DNA from: Candidatus Omnitrophica bacterium UBA6233 | GTDB taxonomy: Bacteria; Omnitrophota; Gorgyraeia; Gygaellales; Profunditerraquicolaceae | Direction of reading: 5' to 3' | Length of the DNA stretch: 64,000 nucleotides | Assembly (NCBI GenBank): GCA_002440965.1 | Contig: DJWJ01000033.1 | Location: 7,627 to 71,626 of the forward strand | Part shown: one piece after another, positions 8,571 through 19,121 of the stretch | How the letters are laid out: every line of letters starts with the position of its first letter | How positions within the stretch are numbered: position 1 is the stretch's first letter | The notes under the pieces: model-generated | The model's database searches: none | What the model was told of the DNA's origin: nothing | Seen by the model: the letters and a program-made list of their open reading frames with translations, nothing else | Position numbers and translations under genes: made by a program

Positions 8571-10709
8571 TGTTTTTTCTATATCGTAGGCTTCAATAAT
8601 ATCGCCTTCCATATATTGGTCAAATCCTGACACATTCATTCCGCATTCAAAACCTTCGGCTACTTCGCGCACATCATCCTTAAAACGTTTCAGGGAGGAA
8701 AGTTTCCCCTCAAAGATAACGCTGCCGTTCCTCACCACATCAATCATACAAGTACGATTGAATTTACCTTTGGTAACAAAACATCCGGCGATAGTTCCGG
8801 CGCGGGATAATTTCAACACCTTTCTTATCTCCGCCCGACCCAGAAAAACCTTTCTTAACTTCGGTTCCAGCATGCCTTCGATTGCCGCTTTTACGTCATT
8901 TGCCAACTCATAAATGATATTATAGGTTTTGACATCCACGCCTTCCTTGTTCACCAATTCCCGGGCCAAATCATCCATAGCAACGTTAAAACCCAGGATC
9001 AAAGCATCGGAAGCTACTGCCAGGATTACATCAGAATTGTTTATATTACCGACTCCGGCGTGTATTATATTCAGCTTTATCTCCGATACATTAAGTTTAT
9101 TCAAGGTTTCCTTGATAGCTTCCAACGATCCCTGAACATCCGCTTTGAGAATTACTTTCAGTTCTTTAATCTTACCTTCCAGAATCTGAGCGTGCAAATC
9201 TTCCAGGCTTATATGTTTAATGGTCTTTATCTGTTGTTGTTTTTCTTTTTCAGAGCGCGCTTCAGCTAAGCTCTTGGCTTGCTTTTCGTCAGCTATGGCA
9301 AAGAATTGTTCGCCTGCGCTGGGAACCCCTGATATACCCAATACTTCCACCGGGACCGAAGGAAGCGCGATTGTTACAGCCTGCCCATGATCATTAAACA
9401 TCGCGCGAATCTTGCCATAAAAATTCCCCACGATAATATTCTCGTTTAAATGCAGCGTGCCATTTTGAACCAATAAAGTCGCTACCGGACCCCGGCCTTT
9501 AGACATCTGAGCTTCGATAACTATACCCCGGGCAAAGCGGTTAGGATTGGCTTTTAATTCCAGCATCTGCGCTTCCAAGATAATCATCTCCAGTAAATTA
9601 TCAATACCTTCTCCTGTTTTTGCCGATACAGGAACAGTAATGGTTTTACCACCCCAATCTTCCGGGTTTAAATCCAGTTTGGCCAATTGTTTTTTGACTA
9701 AATCGATATCCGCTCCGGCTTTATCGATTTTATTTATAGCTACGATTATAGAAACTCCGGCTGCCCGGGCATGGTCAATTGCTTCTTGAGTCTGAGGCAT
9801 TATGCCGTCATCAGCTGCCACAACCAAAACGACTATATCCGTAATCTTGGCTCCGCGCGAACGCATAGCGGTAAAAGCTTCATGTCCCGGAGTATCCAAA
9901 AAAGTAATCTCGCCGTGATCGATAACTACCCTATATGCCCCAATGTGCTGAGTAATCCCGCCATGCTCGGATTCAGCAACTTTGGTTTTTCTTATGGCAT
10001 CCAGAAGCGAAGTCTTTCCATGATCAACATGGCCCATAAATGTAACTATCGGAGAACGGCCTTTTAAATCTTTGGCTTCATCTTTAGCTTGATGCGCGCT
10101 TAAGGCTGTTTCTTCTTCGCCTAAAGCTTTTTTAATCTTGCAGTGGTATTTTTCACAAATCTTGACGGTTGTTGCTTCGTCCAAAGCCTGATTTATTCCA
10201 ACCATTATCCTCGCATCCAATAGGTTCTTAATGATAACGGATGGTTTTTCCTGCAATTTGACTGCCAAATCCTTTACAGTAATAGGAAGCTCCAATTCTA
10301 ACTCTTTAAACTCTACAACTGCTACTACTGGTGCGGCTGCAGGCGCAACTTTAATCTCAGGTTTAATTTCAACCTTAGGTTCTATCTTTACCTCATGTTT
10401 AACAGGATGAACAACTGGTTTAGGATGCGGTTTAACTGCTGCTACCGATTCAATATGAGGAACAATTTTCGACTCTATTTTTGTAACAACGGGGTGCGCC
10501 TCAACAGGCTTTTTAATCTCATGATGCGCTGTCGTCTTCTCTATAACAGGCTTAACAACGGGCTTAGCCTTAACCGTTGCTGCTTTAACCGGTTTACCAA
10601 CTGGCTTAACAGCCTTAGCAATATGCTTAACCGGTTTGGCCACTTTCTTTATTTTTGGCTTAACTTCTTTTTTGACTGGCTTCTTTTCTTTTCTTGGTTT
10701 AACAACCAT
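8556..10709 (-). CDS. infB: translation initiation factor IF-2
   Basis: 717 aa. A low-complexity K/P/V-rich N-terminus, then G-domain [12 protein letters not shown]...DTPGHEAF...NKID. Confidence 0.9.
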   Translation of the reverse strand: MVVKPRKEKKPVKKEVKPKIKKVAKPVKHIAKAVKPVGKPVKAATVKAKPVVKPVIEKTTAHHEIKKPVEAHPVVTKIESKIVPHIESVAAVKPHPKPVVHPVKHEVKIEPKVEIKPEIKVAPAAAPVVAVVEFKELELELPITVKDLAVKLQEKPSVIIKNLLDARIMVGINQALDEATTVKICEKYHCKIKKALGEEETALSAHQAKDEAKDLKGRSPIVTFMGHVDHGKTSLLDAIRKTKVAESEHGGITQHIGAYRVVIDHGEITFLDTPGHEAFTAMRSRGAKITDIVVLVVAADDGIMPQTQEAIDHARAAGVSIIVAINKIDKAGADIDLVKKQLAKLDLNPEDWGGKTITVPVSAKTGEGIDNLLEMIILEAQMLELKANPNRFARGIVIEAQMSKGRGPVATLLVQNGTLHLNENIIVGNFYGKIRAMFNDHGQAVTIALPSVPVEVLGISGVPSAGEQFFAIADEKQAKSLAEARSEKEKQQQIKTIKHISLEDLHAQILEGKIKELKVILKADVQGSLEAIKETLNKLNVSEIKLNIIHAGVGNINNSDVILAVASDALILGFNVAMDDLARELVNKEGVDVKTYNIIYELANDVKAAIEGMLEPKLRKVFLGRAEIRKVLKLSRAGTIAGCFVTKGKFNRTCMIDVVRNGSVIFEGKLSSLKRFKDDVREVAEGFECGMNVSGFDQYMEGDIIEAYDIEKTARKL

Positions 10710-10737
10710 AATACCTTCTTCCTGTTTTTAGGTAGCG

Positions 10738-11967
10738 TTATTTCTTCCCTTTGGCTTGGGCAACTAATTTCTCTGCCTTTTTCTCGCCAATACCTTTTAT
10801 CTTAGTCAAACCCTCTACTTTTGCTTCAAGTAAATCCGCGATAGTATTGATCCCGGCCTCTTTCAAACTAGCTAAAGTTTTCTCTCCCAAACCAGACAAT
10901 TCTTCCAGAGAAATTTCTTCTTTTTTCTTTTTCTTCTCTTTCTTGACCTTCTTCTCTTCAACAACCGGCTCTTCCGCGGCTTTCGCTTCTTCTTTAATCG
11001 CTTCTGCTTTTGCGGCAGCTTCAGCCAGAGCAGCTTTAGTGCGAATATCCAATTCCCAGCCGATAAGTTTAGATGCCAGCCGCACATTCTGACCATGTTT
11101 ACCTATAGCCAAAGACAACTGGTCATCGTCAACTATAACTTCGGCTTTCATACGCTCCTTATCCAGATTAATCTGCGAAACCTTGGCCGGAGAAAGAGCA
11201 TTCTTTATATATTCGCGGATATCATCATTAAAGCGTATAATATCAATCTTTTCTCCATAAACTTCATTCACGATATTTCTCACTCGGTTACCGCGCATAC
11301 CGACACAAGCCCCTACGGAATCGACTTTATCGTTTTTGGAATAAACAGCGATTTTTGTCCGTTCTCCCGCCTGACGGGATATTGCTTTAATCTCAACTAT
11401 TCCTTCGTAAATCTCAGGAACCTCCAGTTCAAATAATTTCTTCACAAAGTTCGGGTGAGTGCGTGACAGGATTATCTGGGCCCCTTTGGCTTCCTTTTTT
11501 ACTTCCAAGACAAAAGCCCGCACGCGCTGGCCCTGCTTGAATTCTTCTTTAGGCGACTGTTCACGCTTAAGCAAGACTCCCTCGGCCTTTCCCAAAAGAT
11601 CTATAACAATGTTTCCTTTTTCAAAGCGATAAACTGTTCCGCTTACAATCTCGCCGACCCTGCCCTGAAATTCACCGAAAACAACATCTTTTTCCGCTTC
11701 GCGCATTTTTTGGATGATTACCTGACGTGCGGTAGAAGCGGCTATGCGCCCAAAATCAATGGAAGTGATTTCCTCTTCATTCCTCCAAGCGCGGATCTTG
11801 CCGCTATTACGGTCAATCTCAACCTTAAATTCCTCATCCGGCTTAAGGTCGATTACGCGTTTGGCTGCGCTCAGCATTGCGCTCTCAACCGCCTGAATCA
11901 AAACCTCTTTTTTAATCCCTTTTTCTCTTTCAATCTGCTCGATTATCGCTAACAGTTCCTGACTCAT
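10738..11967 (-). CDS. nusA: transcription termination/antitermination factor NusA
   Basis: 409 aa with S1 and KH regions, a K/E-rich linker and a C-terminal HhH. It sits in the conserved rimP-nusA-infB order. Confidence 0.9.
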   Translation of the reverse strand: MSQELLAIIEQIEREKGIKKEVLIQAVESAMLSAAKRVIDLKPDEEFKVEIDRNSGKIRAWRNEEEITSIDFGRIAASTARQVIIQKMREAEKDVVFGEFQGRVGEIVSGTVYRFEKGNIVIDLLGKAEGVLLKREQSPKEEFKQGQRVRAFVLEVKKEAKGAQIILSRTHPNFVKKLFELEVPEIYEGIVEIKAISRQAGERTKIAVYSKNDKVDSVGACVGMRGNRVRNIVNEVYGEKIDIIRFNDDIREYIKNALSPAKVSQINLDKERMKAEVIVDDDQLSLAIGKHGQNVRLASKLIGWELDIRTKAALAEAAAKAEAIKEEAKAAEEPVVEEKKVKKEKKKKKEEISLEELSGLGEKTLASLKEAGINTIADLLEAKVEGLTKIKGIGEKKAEKLVAQAKGKK

Positions 11968-11982
11968 TTTTAATCTCCAATT

Positions 11983-12441
11983 TTAAATTATTTGTTTAGC
12001 TTTGTTAATTTTCTCCAATGGTATTTCAAAAATAAAGTCTTTCGCGCTGGCATAAACCTTGCCTTCATCGACCTTATTAATAACACCATCCCATTCAATT
12101 TTACCATTTACATAGTCATTCAAGAAAAACCTTATGTTCTTATGCAAAGAGCGTTTAAAATCGGCTTCGGTTTTAAGCGACCTGTCTAAACCCGGAGAAG
12201 AAACCTCCAGAATATACCTTTGCCGCAAGAAATCCTTTTCATCAAGGGCATCTCCCAGTTCGCGGTTAACCAGCGCGCATTCATCCAAATTTATTCCGCC
12301 TTCCGGTCTATCCACCAGGATCCGCAAAAATAAGTCCCCTCCTTCATACCTATGGATCATTTCAACCAAATCCAGGTTCCGGCCTCTTAAGAAATCCGCC
12401 ACAAAAATATTCAATTCTTTGAATAAAGCTTCGTTATCCAT
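11983..12441 (-). CDS. rimP: ribosome maturation factor RimP
   Basis: RimP/DUF150 core is present. The ORF track starts it at 12498, but those 19 extra codons (MSFGFCHLTLKWNLATTFK) are a translation of the palindromic repeat. I place the start at Met-20 (MDNEALFKEL...). Confidence 0.7.
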   Translation of the reverse strand: MDNEALFKELNIFVADFLRGRNLDLVEMIHRYEGGDLFLRILVDRPEGGINLDECALVNRELGDALDEKDFLRQRYILEVSSPGLDRSLKTEADFKRSLHKNIRFFLNDYVNGKIEWDGVINKVDEGKVYASAKDFIFEIPLEKINKAKQII

Positions 12442-12464
12442 TTTGAATGTAGTAGCTAAATTCC

Positions 12465-12605
12465 ACTTCAATGTCAAATGACAAAATCCAAATGACAAAT
12501 GAAATTCAAAACCCCAATGTCAAATATTTAAAACCAAAGTTTTATTATTTGGAATTTGACATTTAGATTTATTTTGGATTTTGAGTTTTGACATTTGACA
12601 TTAAA
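12465..12605. repeat. palindromic element, family 1 (inner portion)
   Basis: caaatgacaaaatccaaatgacaaatg...tttgacatttagatttattttggattttgagttttgacatttgacatt. It overlaps the rimP start region and the proS stop. Confidence 0.85.
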
Positions 12606-13771
12606 TTTATTATTTCTTTTAAAACTTCTTCTTTAGGCTTAATAACTTTATTCTGGTTGCGCCGGGTTTTAAGCTCAAGAGTGCCGTCTTTAAGGGTATT
12701 CTTTCCGACAATTATCTGTAAAGGTATACCCAGAAGATCCGCATCCTTAAATTTAACCCCTGCCCGTTCATCGCGGTCATCGAATAGAACATCTATTTTA
12801 TTATTCCCTAATTCCTGATAGACATTAAGCGCTAATTCCTTAATCGCTTTATCTCCGGAATCCAGGGATAAAACTATGGCTTTATAAGGCGTAACCTCAT
12901 CGGGCCAGATGATTCCATCTTTATCATTATTCTGCTCGATTACCGCTGAAATCAGCCGGGATACGCCTATTCCGTAGCAACCCATGATTATCGGCTGTAA
13001 CTTTCCGTTCGCATCGAGAAAATTCGCGCCTAAAGAAGCGCTGTATTTTGTTCCCAGTTTAAAGATGTGCCCTATTTCAATAGCGTTTACTTTCTCCGAA
13101 CCAACCGTAACCACATCCTCTCCATCCTGAGCTGGAACCATGAATTCATGCGAAACCTTCCCACCCATAACTCCGGAATCGGCTTCGGTAGCAACAACAT
13201 TTAAACCGCACCTTTTGAATATTCTTAAGTATGCCTGATACATCGCCTGATAATTCTTATCCAGCCCGGCTTCATCACTATCAAAACTATAGGCGTCTTT
13301 CATAATAAATTCGCACGCCCGGATCAGGCCAAAACGGGGACGAATTTCGTCGCGGAATTTAGTTTGGATTTGGTATAGCACCAAAGGCAACTGCTTATAG
13401 CTTGATACCTGGCTCCTGACCAAATCCGTGATTGTCTCTTCGTGGGTCGGGCCCAAACAAATTTTTCTTCCCCGGCGGTCAGTAAATTTAAACATTACCT
13501 CACCTAAGTCTTGGTCGCGCCCGGTGCGCTGCCAAAGCTCCAATGGCTGTAGAGCCGGCAATAATAATTCGCTGGCCGAACAAGAACTCATTTCCTGCCG
13601 GATAATGTTCTGGATATTTTCTAAAACCCTTAGGCCTAAAGGCAAATAAGAATAAGCTCCGGCCATCAGCATGCGCACGAGGCCCGCGCGAAGCAGCAAC
13701 TTGTGGCTGGTTGATTCGGCATCCTGCGGGACTTCCTTTAATGTGGGAATAAGAGTTTTACTCCAACGCAT
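12569..13771 (-). CDS. proS: proline--tRNA ligase (short bacterial form)
   Basis: 400 aa class II aaRS. MRWSKTLIPTLKE.P.DAE..SH.LLLRAG..R resembles the ProRS N-terminus. The last ~11 codons and the stop lie inside a repeat copy. Confidence 0.8.
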   Translation of the reverse strand: MRWSKTLIPTLKEVPQDAESTSHKLLLRAGLVRMLMAGAYSYLPLGLRVLENIQNIIRQEMSSCSASELLLPALQPLELWQRTGRDQDLGEVMFKFTDRRGRKICLGPTHEETITDLVRSQVSSYKQLPLVLYQIQTKFRDEIRPRFGLIRACEFIMKDAYSFDSDEAGLDKNYQAMYQAYLRIFKRCGLNVVATEADSGVMGGKVSHEFMVPAQDGEDVVTVGSEKVNAIEIGHIFKLGTKYSASLGANFLDANGKLQPIIMGCYGIGVSRLISAVIEQNNDKDGIIWPDEVTPYKAIVLSLDSGDKAIKELALNVYQELGNNKIDVLFDDRDERAGVKFKDADLLGIPLQIIVGKNTLKDGTLELKTRRNQNKVIKPKEEVLKEIINLMSNVKTQNPK

Positions 13772-13772
13772 A

Positions 13773-15032
13773 TTAATCCTTGTTAAATATTTCTTTGGAT
13801 AAATTCACGCCTTTTTTGGCAAATAAAGGGAAAAGCACCGGCACAACTCCATTGGCCTTGAATTTCCCCTGCAATCTGCCATCTTGCCCAACGTCGCTTG
13901 ATTCATAGTTAAAAATGTCTTCCAGGACCACGCTACCGTCTTTTAAACCATTGACTTGAGTTATGTGCGTAATCTTGCGTGAGCCATCGGAAAGCTGCTC
14001 CTGGTGCACGATTATATTCAAAGCAGAAGCTATCTGCCGGTGTATTACATCCAGACTTATGGGTAACCCCGAAGTAAGAATCATCGTTTCCAGCCGATAG
14101 ACTACTTCTTTAGGTGAATTAGCGTGCAGAACCGCCAGCGAACCGGCATGTCCCGAGCACATGGCCTGAAGCATATCTAATGCCTCGGAACCACGGATCT
14201 CTCCAAGTATAATTCTTCCCGGGCGCATACGCAGTGAATTCTTAAAAAGATCGCGTATAGCAACTTCTCCCTTACCCTCGATATTGGGAGGACGGGTTTC
14301 CAGCCTCACCACGTGCTCCTGCTTAAGATGCAATTCCGCGGTATCTTCAATAGTGACAATTCGTTCATCATTATCAATATATGCGGAAAGAACTGCCAAA
14401 GTGGTGGTTTTTCCCGCTCCGGTGGCGCCGCTAAAAAGTATATTCATTTTTGCTTTTATCAAAGCAATGAGAAAATCAGCCATCCGTCTATCCAAAGCTT
14501 CAAGCCTGATTAAATCATCGATACTTTTGATACTTTCGCTAAATTTCCTGATGGTGACGCTTGCTCCATCCAAAGCCAACGGCGGAATTATGATATTCAC
14601 TCTTGAACCGTCCTTTAAAGAAACATCGACAAAAGGATAAGACTCATCCACGCGCCTGCGGGTGGGGGCCAATAACTTATAGATAAGGCATCTTAACTGT
14701 TGCTCATCATCAAACTTAAGACCGGACAAAATCTTTTTTCCGTTTTTCTCAATATAAACCTTTTGCGCTCCGTTGATCATAATTTCGGTGACTTCCGGAT
14801 CTTTCATAAGCGTTTCTATCGGGCCAAAACCCATCAACTCATCGATCATCTCACTGATTATCTTGGCTTTATCCTGTTCGGTTATGTTCAAATGCCTATG
14901 ATAAATAGTGTCGGCCAGTATATCCTTAAGGACAGCCCCCAGTTCGGCTTTATCGATTGTCTCCCTATTTAATAAATTGTTATGATACGTAAGCAGCTTC
15001 TGACGAATATCTTCTTTGGCAATCTTAATCAT
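13773..15032 (-). CDS. CpaF/TadA-family type II/IV secretion ATPase
   Basis: 419 aa. GFGPIETLMKDPEVTEIMINGAQKVYIE is a CpaF-type N-domain. Walker A is FSGATGAGKTTTLAVL and Walker B is IVTIEDTAELHL. No other pilus genes are nearby. Confidence 0.7.
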   Translation of the reverse strand: MIKIAKEDIRQKLLTYHNNLLNRETIDKAELGAVLKDILADTIYHRHLNITEQDKAKIISEMIDELMGFGPIETLMKDPEVTEIMINGAQKVYIEKNGKKILSGLKFDDEQQLRCLIYKLLAPTRRRVDESYPFVDVSLKDGSRVNIIIPPLALDGASVTIRKFSESIKSIDDLIRLEALDRRMADFLIALIKAKMNILFSGATGAGKTTTLAVLSAYIDNDERIVTIEDTAELHLKQEHVVRLETRPPNIEGKGEVAIRDLFKNSLRMRPGRIILGEIRGSEALDMLQAMCSGHAGSLAVLHANSPKEVVYRLETMILTSGLPISLDVIHRQIASALNIIVHQEQLSDGSRKITHITQVNGLKDGSVVLEDIFNYESSDVGQDGRLQGKFKANGVVPVLFPLFAKKGVNLSKEIFNKD

Positions 15033-16089
15033 TTATTCTCCCCATTTCAGACAAAAGTATCTTGACACAATCTTGAAAAGAAACCTTTTTAACCGGCTTG
15101 CCTTTTTTAAATAACAAACCTTCGGATTTTCCAAAAGCAATTCCTATATCAGCTTCTTTGGCTTCACCCGGGCCGTTGACTACGCAGCCCATTACTGCAA
15201 TTTTTAACGGCTTGGTCGATAGTCGATAGTCAATGGTCGATAGTTTCTCTTCTAACTCCCTAACCAGTTTTACCAGATCCACCTCACAGCGGCCGCAGGT
15301 AGGACAACTGATAATGCTATGCCCGAATTTACGTAAATCCAAGGATTCTAAGATAGCTTTACCGGCATAAATTTCCCTGGCAGGAGTATCTGTCAGGGAT
15401 ACCCTTATTGTATCACCAATCCCCTCTAATAGCAAAGCCCCTAAAGCAATACTTGTCTTTATCGCTCCACTAAAAGGAGAGCCTGTCGCGGTAACCCCCA
15501 GGTGCAGCGGATAATCGCAAAGATTAGCCAGTTTCCTGTAAGCGCTAACTGTATCCAAAACATCGGAAGCCTTTAAAGAAACAACGATATCGCGGAACTT
15601 AAAGCCTTCGATTATTTTTATATACTCCAACGCGCTATTTACTAATTTATCGGGCATATCCTTGGAGCGTGTTTCTTTCACTGAACCCGAATTTAAACCG
15701 ATCCTTAAAGGAATACGGGCGTCTTTTAACGCACTTACTACCTGCCTAATTTGGTCCTTCTTATAGATATTCCCCGGATTAAGCCTTATTTTATCCACTC
15801 CGCTGTCTATCGCCATTAGAGCCAAACGATAATCAAAATGGATATCCGCCACTATCGGCATCTTAACCTGTTCTTTAATCTTTCTCAGAGAACGCGCATC
15901 CAGATCATCCTTAACCGCTAACCTTATAATTTCACACCCCGCAGATTCCAATTCGCGCGCTTGACGCAAAACTCTTGCGGTATCAGAGGTTTTAAACTTG
16001 ATCATTGACTGTATCGCAATGGGATTATCCCCTCCGATTGAAACTCGGCCAATCTTAATTACCCTAGATTTTCTTCGTTTTATTACCAT
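15025..16089 (-). CDS. ispG: 4-hydroxy-3-methylbut-2-enyl-diphosphate synthase
   Basis: 354 aa with a GcpE TIM-barrel and CPTCGRCEVD Fe-S motifs. In-frame 7-nt tandem repeats (tcgatag-like) lie at about 15211-15246. Confidence 0.9.
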   Translation of the reverse strand: MVIKRRKSRVIKIGRVSIGGDNPIAIQSMIKFKTSDTARVLRQARELESAGCEIIRLAVKDDLDARSLRKIKEQVKMPIVADIHFDYRLALMAIDSGVDKIRLNPGNIYKKDQIRQVVSALKDARIPLRIGLNSGSVKETRSKDMPDKLVNSALEYIKIIEGFKFRDIVVSLKASDVLDTVSAYRKLANLCDYPLHLGVTATGSPFSGAIKTSIALGALLLEGIGDTIRVSLTDTPAREIYAGKAILESLDLRKFGHSIISCPTCGRCEVDLVKLVRELEEKLSTIDYRLSTKPLKIAVMGCVVNGPGEAKEADIGIAFGKSEGLLFKKGKPVKKVSFQDCVKILLSEMGRIND

Positions 16090-16091
16090 AG

Positions 16092-17171
16092 CTATTTAAA
16101 TATTTTGGTAAGCTTGTCTCCGAAATTCCTCACTATATCATTATAAGTTACAAAAACAACCAGGAATATAATAAAAGAAAAACCTACTTTATTAATAACC
16201 TCTTCGGCCTTGATACTTAGAGCCTTTCTCCGTATCTTTTCTATAGCCAAAAGAACTATATGCCCTCCGTCAAGTATCGGCAAAGGTAAAAGATTAAAAA
16301 TCGCAAGGCTTAAAGATAATACAGCCATTAAATGCAGTACGGCAATCGCGCCTAGTTGAGCGGCTTTGGACGTAATAAAAAAAATGCCCAACGGCCCGGT
16401 CATCGATTCACGCATAGAGAGCCCTCCGGTAGCTAGGCGTCCTAACGCTTTATAAGTTAAAAGTGTCAGATCCCAGGCTTTAGCTACCCCTAAACCAAAT
16501 GATTTGAAGAAACCATACCTTACTTCAATTACCTCATCAAAAGGCTTAACCCCAAGAAGCCCGGTCTTGCGTTTTTGGCCTACCCTGTCTTCTAAAACCT
16601 CTTCCTTAAGTTCTACATTGACCGACTGCTCCTTGCCTTGCCTTACAAAAGTAACGTTTACGGATTTTAAAGTCTTCTTGGAATAAATTATCTTTTGCAG
16701 TTCTTCCCATGTTCCTGTATTTTGTCCGTCTATAGCAATAATCTTATCGCCAACCTCCAGGCCGGAAGCCTTAGCGCCATAACCATCAATCAATCCGCCA
16801 ATCTTAGTAGTCAAAGTAGGGTAACCGATAAAGAATATCGCCCAAAAAAGCAAAATTGCCAAGATGTAGTTTAACAACGGCCCGAAAAATATTATCCAAA
16901 AACGTTTACCCGGCGGCTTGGAGAAATATTCATCCGGCTTGCCTCTATATTCTTCGGGATTATCGCCGGCCAGCTTGACAAATCCTCCCAAGGGTATGGC
17001 GCTTACGCTGTATTCTGTATCGCCTTTCTTCTTTTTGAACAAAACCTTTCCAAATCCCAGAGAAAATTTTTCTACCCGGACGCCTATCTTTTTAGCGATA
17101 ATAAAATGCCCGAATTCATGGACAACAATTAAAACGCTCAAGATGAAGAAAAATATGAACAAAGCAAACAT
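16092..17171 (-). CDS. rseP: RIP metalloprotease RseP (site-2 protease, M50)
   Basis: HEFGHF zinc motif in the first TM region, a PDZ domain and the LDGG motif. 359 aa. Confidence 0.85.
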   Translation of the reverse strand: MFALFIFFFILSVLIVVHEFGHFIIAKKIGVRVEKFSLGFGKVLFKKKKGDTEYSVSAIPLGGFVKLAGDNPEEYRGKPDEYFSKPPGKRFWIIFFGPLLNYILAILLFWAIFFIGYPTLTTKIGGLIDGYGAKASGLEVGDKIIAIDGQNTGTWEELQKIIYSKKTLKSVNVTFVRQGKEQSVNVELKEEVLEDRVGQKRKTGLLGVKPFDEVIEVRYGFFKSFGLGVAKAWDLTLLTYKALGRLATGGLSMRESMTGPLGIFFITSKAAQLGAIAVLHLMAVLSLSLAIFNLLPLPILDGGHIVLLAIEKIRRKALSIKAEEVINKVGFSFIIFLVVFVTYNDIVRNFGDKLTKIFK

Positions 17172-17174
17172 AGA

Positions 17175-18329
17175 TTAACTCAACCTCCCTGCTACGCTAA
17201 ACGCTGCGTCCCTCGCCCAATTATCTGCTTGCTGGATTTCCAAGAGCCCTGGCTCAGGAATATTTCTATGCAAACGCATGACTTTTTCAACTACTTTCGG
17301 GATATCTATAAAACGCAATTTTTCTTTTAAAAATTCAGCTACGGCTATTTCATTGGCGGCATTAAGAACACAAGGCAATGTTCCTAATTCCTTGGCGGCT
17401 TCATACGCCAGGGACAAACACGGGAATCTGGCAAAACACGGTTTTTCAAAATTCAAGGCACCTGTTTTACAAAAATCTACTCCCTTCAGCTTATTCTCCA
17501 GCCTCTCAGGGTATGAAAGCGCGTATTGAATCGGAACGCGCATATCAGTAACGGATAGCTGAGCCAAGATTACTCCATCGACAAACTCGACCATGGAATG
17601 AATGAGCGCTTCCGGATGCACCAAAACTTTGATTTTAGAAACATCCATATCGAACAAAAACATCGCTTCCAGCAGCTCCAGGCCTTTATTCATAAGTGTT
17701 GCTGAATCTACCGTTATTTTCTTCCCCATTTTCCAACGGGGATGTCTTAGCACTTCTTTTAAACCAATATCCTTCAGAGCTTGTCTGTTTAATTTACGTA
17801 ACGGCCCTCCGGAAGCAGTCAGATAAATATTTTTAACATCATTACCTTTTTCGCCTCTAAGGCATTGCCAGATCGCCGATTGCTCGCTGTCAACAGGTAT
17901 AATCCGGGCTCCCTTCTTCTTGGCTAAACGACGGATTATCGGGCCGGCCATCACAAGAGCCTCTTTATTGGCCAAAGCAATGTCCTTGCCGGATTCTAAC
18001 GCGCTAAGCAAAGGAGAAAGCGCGCTTGATCCGCTTATGGCAAACATAATCTGCCTGATCGTTCTCTCCCCAGCCAACTCATTCAATCCTTCAGCGCCGG
18101 AAAAAACCTTTACCTTTGGGCTTATAATTTTAGAAAGATCTGCGGCGTAATCCTTATTACTTACGCAAACATACGCAGGCTTGAATTCTTTAACCTGCTT
18201 TGCTAATTTAGCGATATCGGAATTAGCGCTTAAAGCGACCAAACGGAATCTCCCGGGAAAATTGCGAATTACATCAAGCGTACTCTCTCCGATTGAACCT
18301 GTTGAGCCAAAAACCGCGATGTTCTTCAT
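17175..18329 (-). CDS. dxr: 1-deoxy-D-xylulose 5-phosphate reductoisomerase
   Basis: VFGSTGSIGESTLDVI NADPH-binding N-terminus. 384 aa. It is next to ispG, cdsA and uppS. Confidence 0.9.
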   Translation of the reverse strand: MKNIAVFGSTGSIGESTLDVIRNFPGRFRLVALSANSDIAKLAKQVKEFKPAYVCVSNKDYAADLSKIISPKVKVFSGAEGLNELAGERTIRQIMFAISGSSALSPLLSALESGKDIALANKEALVMAGPIIRRLAKKKGARIIPVDSEQSAIWQCLRGEKGNDVKNIYLTASGGPLRKLNRQALKDIGLKEVLRHPRWKMGKKITVDSATLMNKGLELLEAMFLFDMDVSKIKVLVHPEALIHSMVEFVDGVILAQLSVTDMRVPIQYALSYPERLENKLKGVDFCKTGALNFEKPCFARFPCLSLAYEAAKELGTLPCVLNAANEIAVAEFLKEKLRFIDIPKVVEKVMRLHRNIPEPGLLEIQQADNWARDAAFSVAGRLS

Positions 18330-19120
18330 TTAAGGACTACGCTCATATAAAAATAAAATACCGGAGCCACAAAAAGCAGGCTGTCGATTTCATCCAATAT
18401 CCCGCCCATGCCGGGAAATATCTTTCCCGAATCTTTTACTTCGCAATCGCGCTTAATCAGAGATTCCGAAAGATCCCCCAACTGACCCAATATGCCCATA
18501 CAAACGCCCAAAATAACAAGATGAAAATAGCTAAACCCGAGAAACGGCTTGCAGACGAACGCCGCAAGTACGCTAAAAAACAATCCTCCGAGAGAACCCT
18601 CGACGGTCTTGTTGGGACTTATGCGCGGCATAAGCGGGAGCTTGCCAAAAGAAGTTCCCACTAAATACGCCCCGATATCGCCTGATTTCGTAATCAATAA
18701 TACAGCTGCCAACAACCCAAGTCCGCCTTCAAGGTATCTTATCCTTATCAGGAAACTAAAAAACCAGGAAACATAGATTATCCCGAATATTGTGGTCGAG
18801 ATATCCACGATTGCTCCGGAATTCTTCCTGCGCTTAAACTGCATAAGGATAAGAAACAAAAGAGCTGAAACGATAAATAAAAACTCCCAGCCGCGGGTTA
18901 GCTCAAAACGAAGCATTATGGATAACGGTATAACTATGCCTAAACCGATACCGAAATATTTGTAGGCGCTTATCCCTTTTTTATCGAGCATAGAAAAAAA
19001 CTCGTGCAGGCCGCCGATTATAAAAAAAGTGACCACCAAACCGCATAGCCAGTCAACAAATATTACCCCGGCAATCATGCTGATGAGTAAAATTGAGGTG
19101 ACTATTCTTTTTGCTGGCAT
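18326..19120 (-). CDS. cdsA: phosphatidate cytidylyltransferase
   Basis: 264 aa polytopic membrane protein with the CTP_transf_1 C-terminal motif region. It sits in the canonical uppS-cdsA-dxr-rseP order. Confidence 0.8.
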   Translation of the reverse strand: MPAKRIVTSILLISMIAGVIFVDWLCGLVVTFFIIGGLHEFFSMLDKKGISAYKYFGIGLGIVIPLSIMLRFELTRGWEFLFIVSALLFLILMQFKRRKNSGAIVDISTTIFGIIYVSWFFSFLIRIRYLEGGLGLLAAVLLITKSGDIGAYLVGTSFGKLPLMPRISPNKTVEGSLGGLFFSVLAAFVCKPFLGFSYFHLVILGVCMGILGQLGDLSESLIKRDCEVKDSGKIFPGMGGILDEIDSLLFVAPVFYFYMSVVLK

Positions 19121-19121
19121 A

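Noticed and set aside
10872-11096. A K/R-rich 74-aa ORF overlaps the nusA C-terminus.
   Set aside because: It is a frame-shifted read-through of the nusA lysine/glutamate-rich linker region (aaga/aaaa repeats), not an independent gene.
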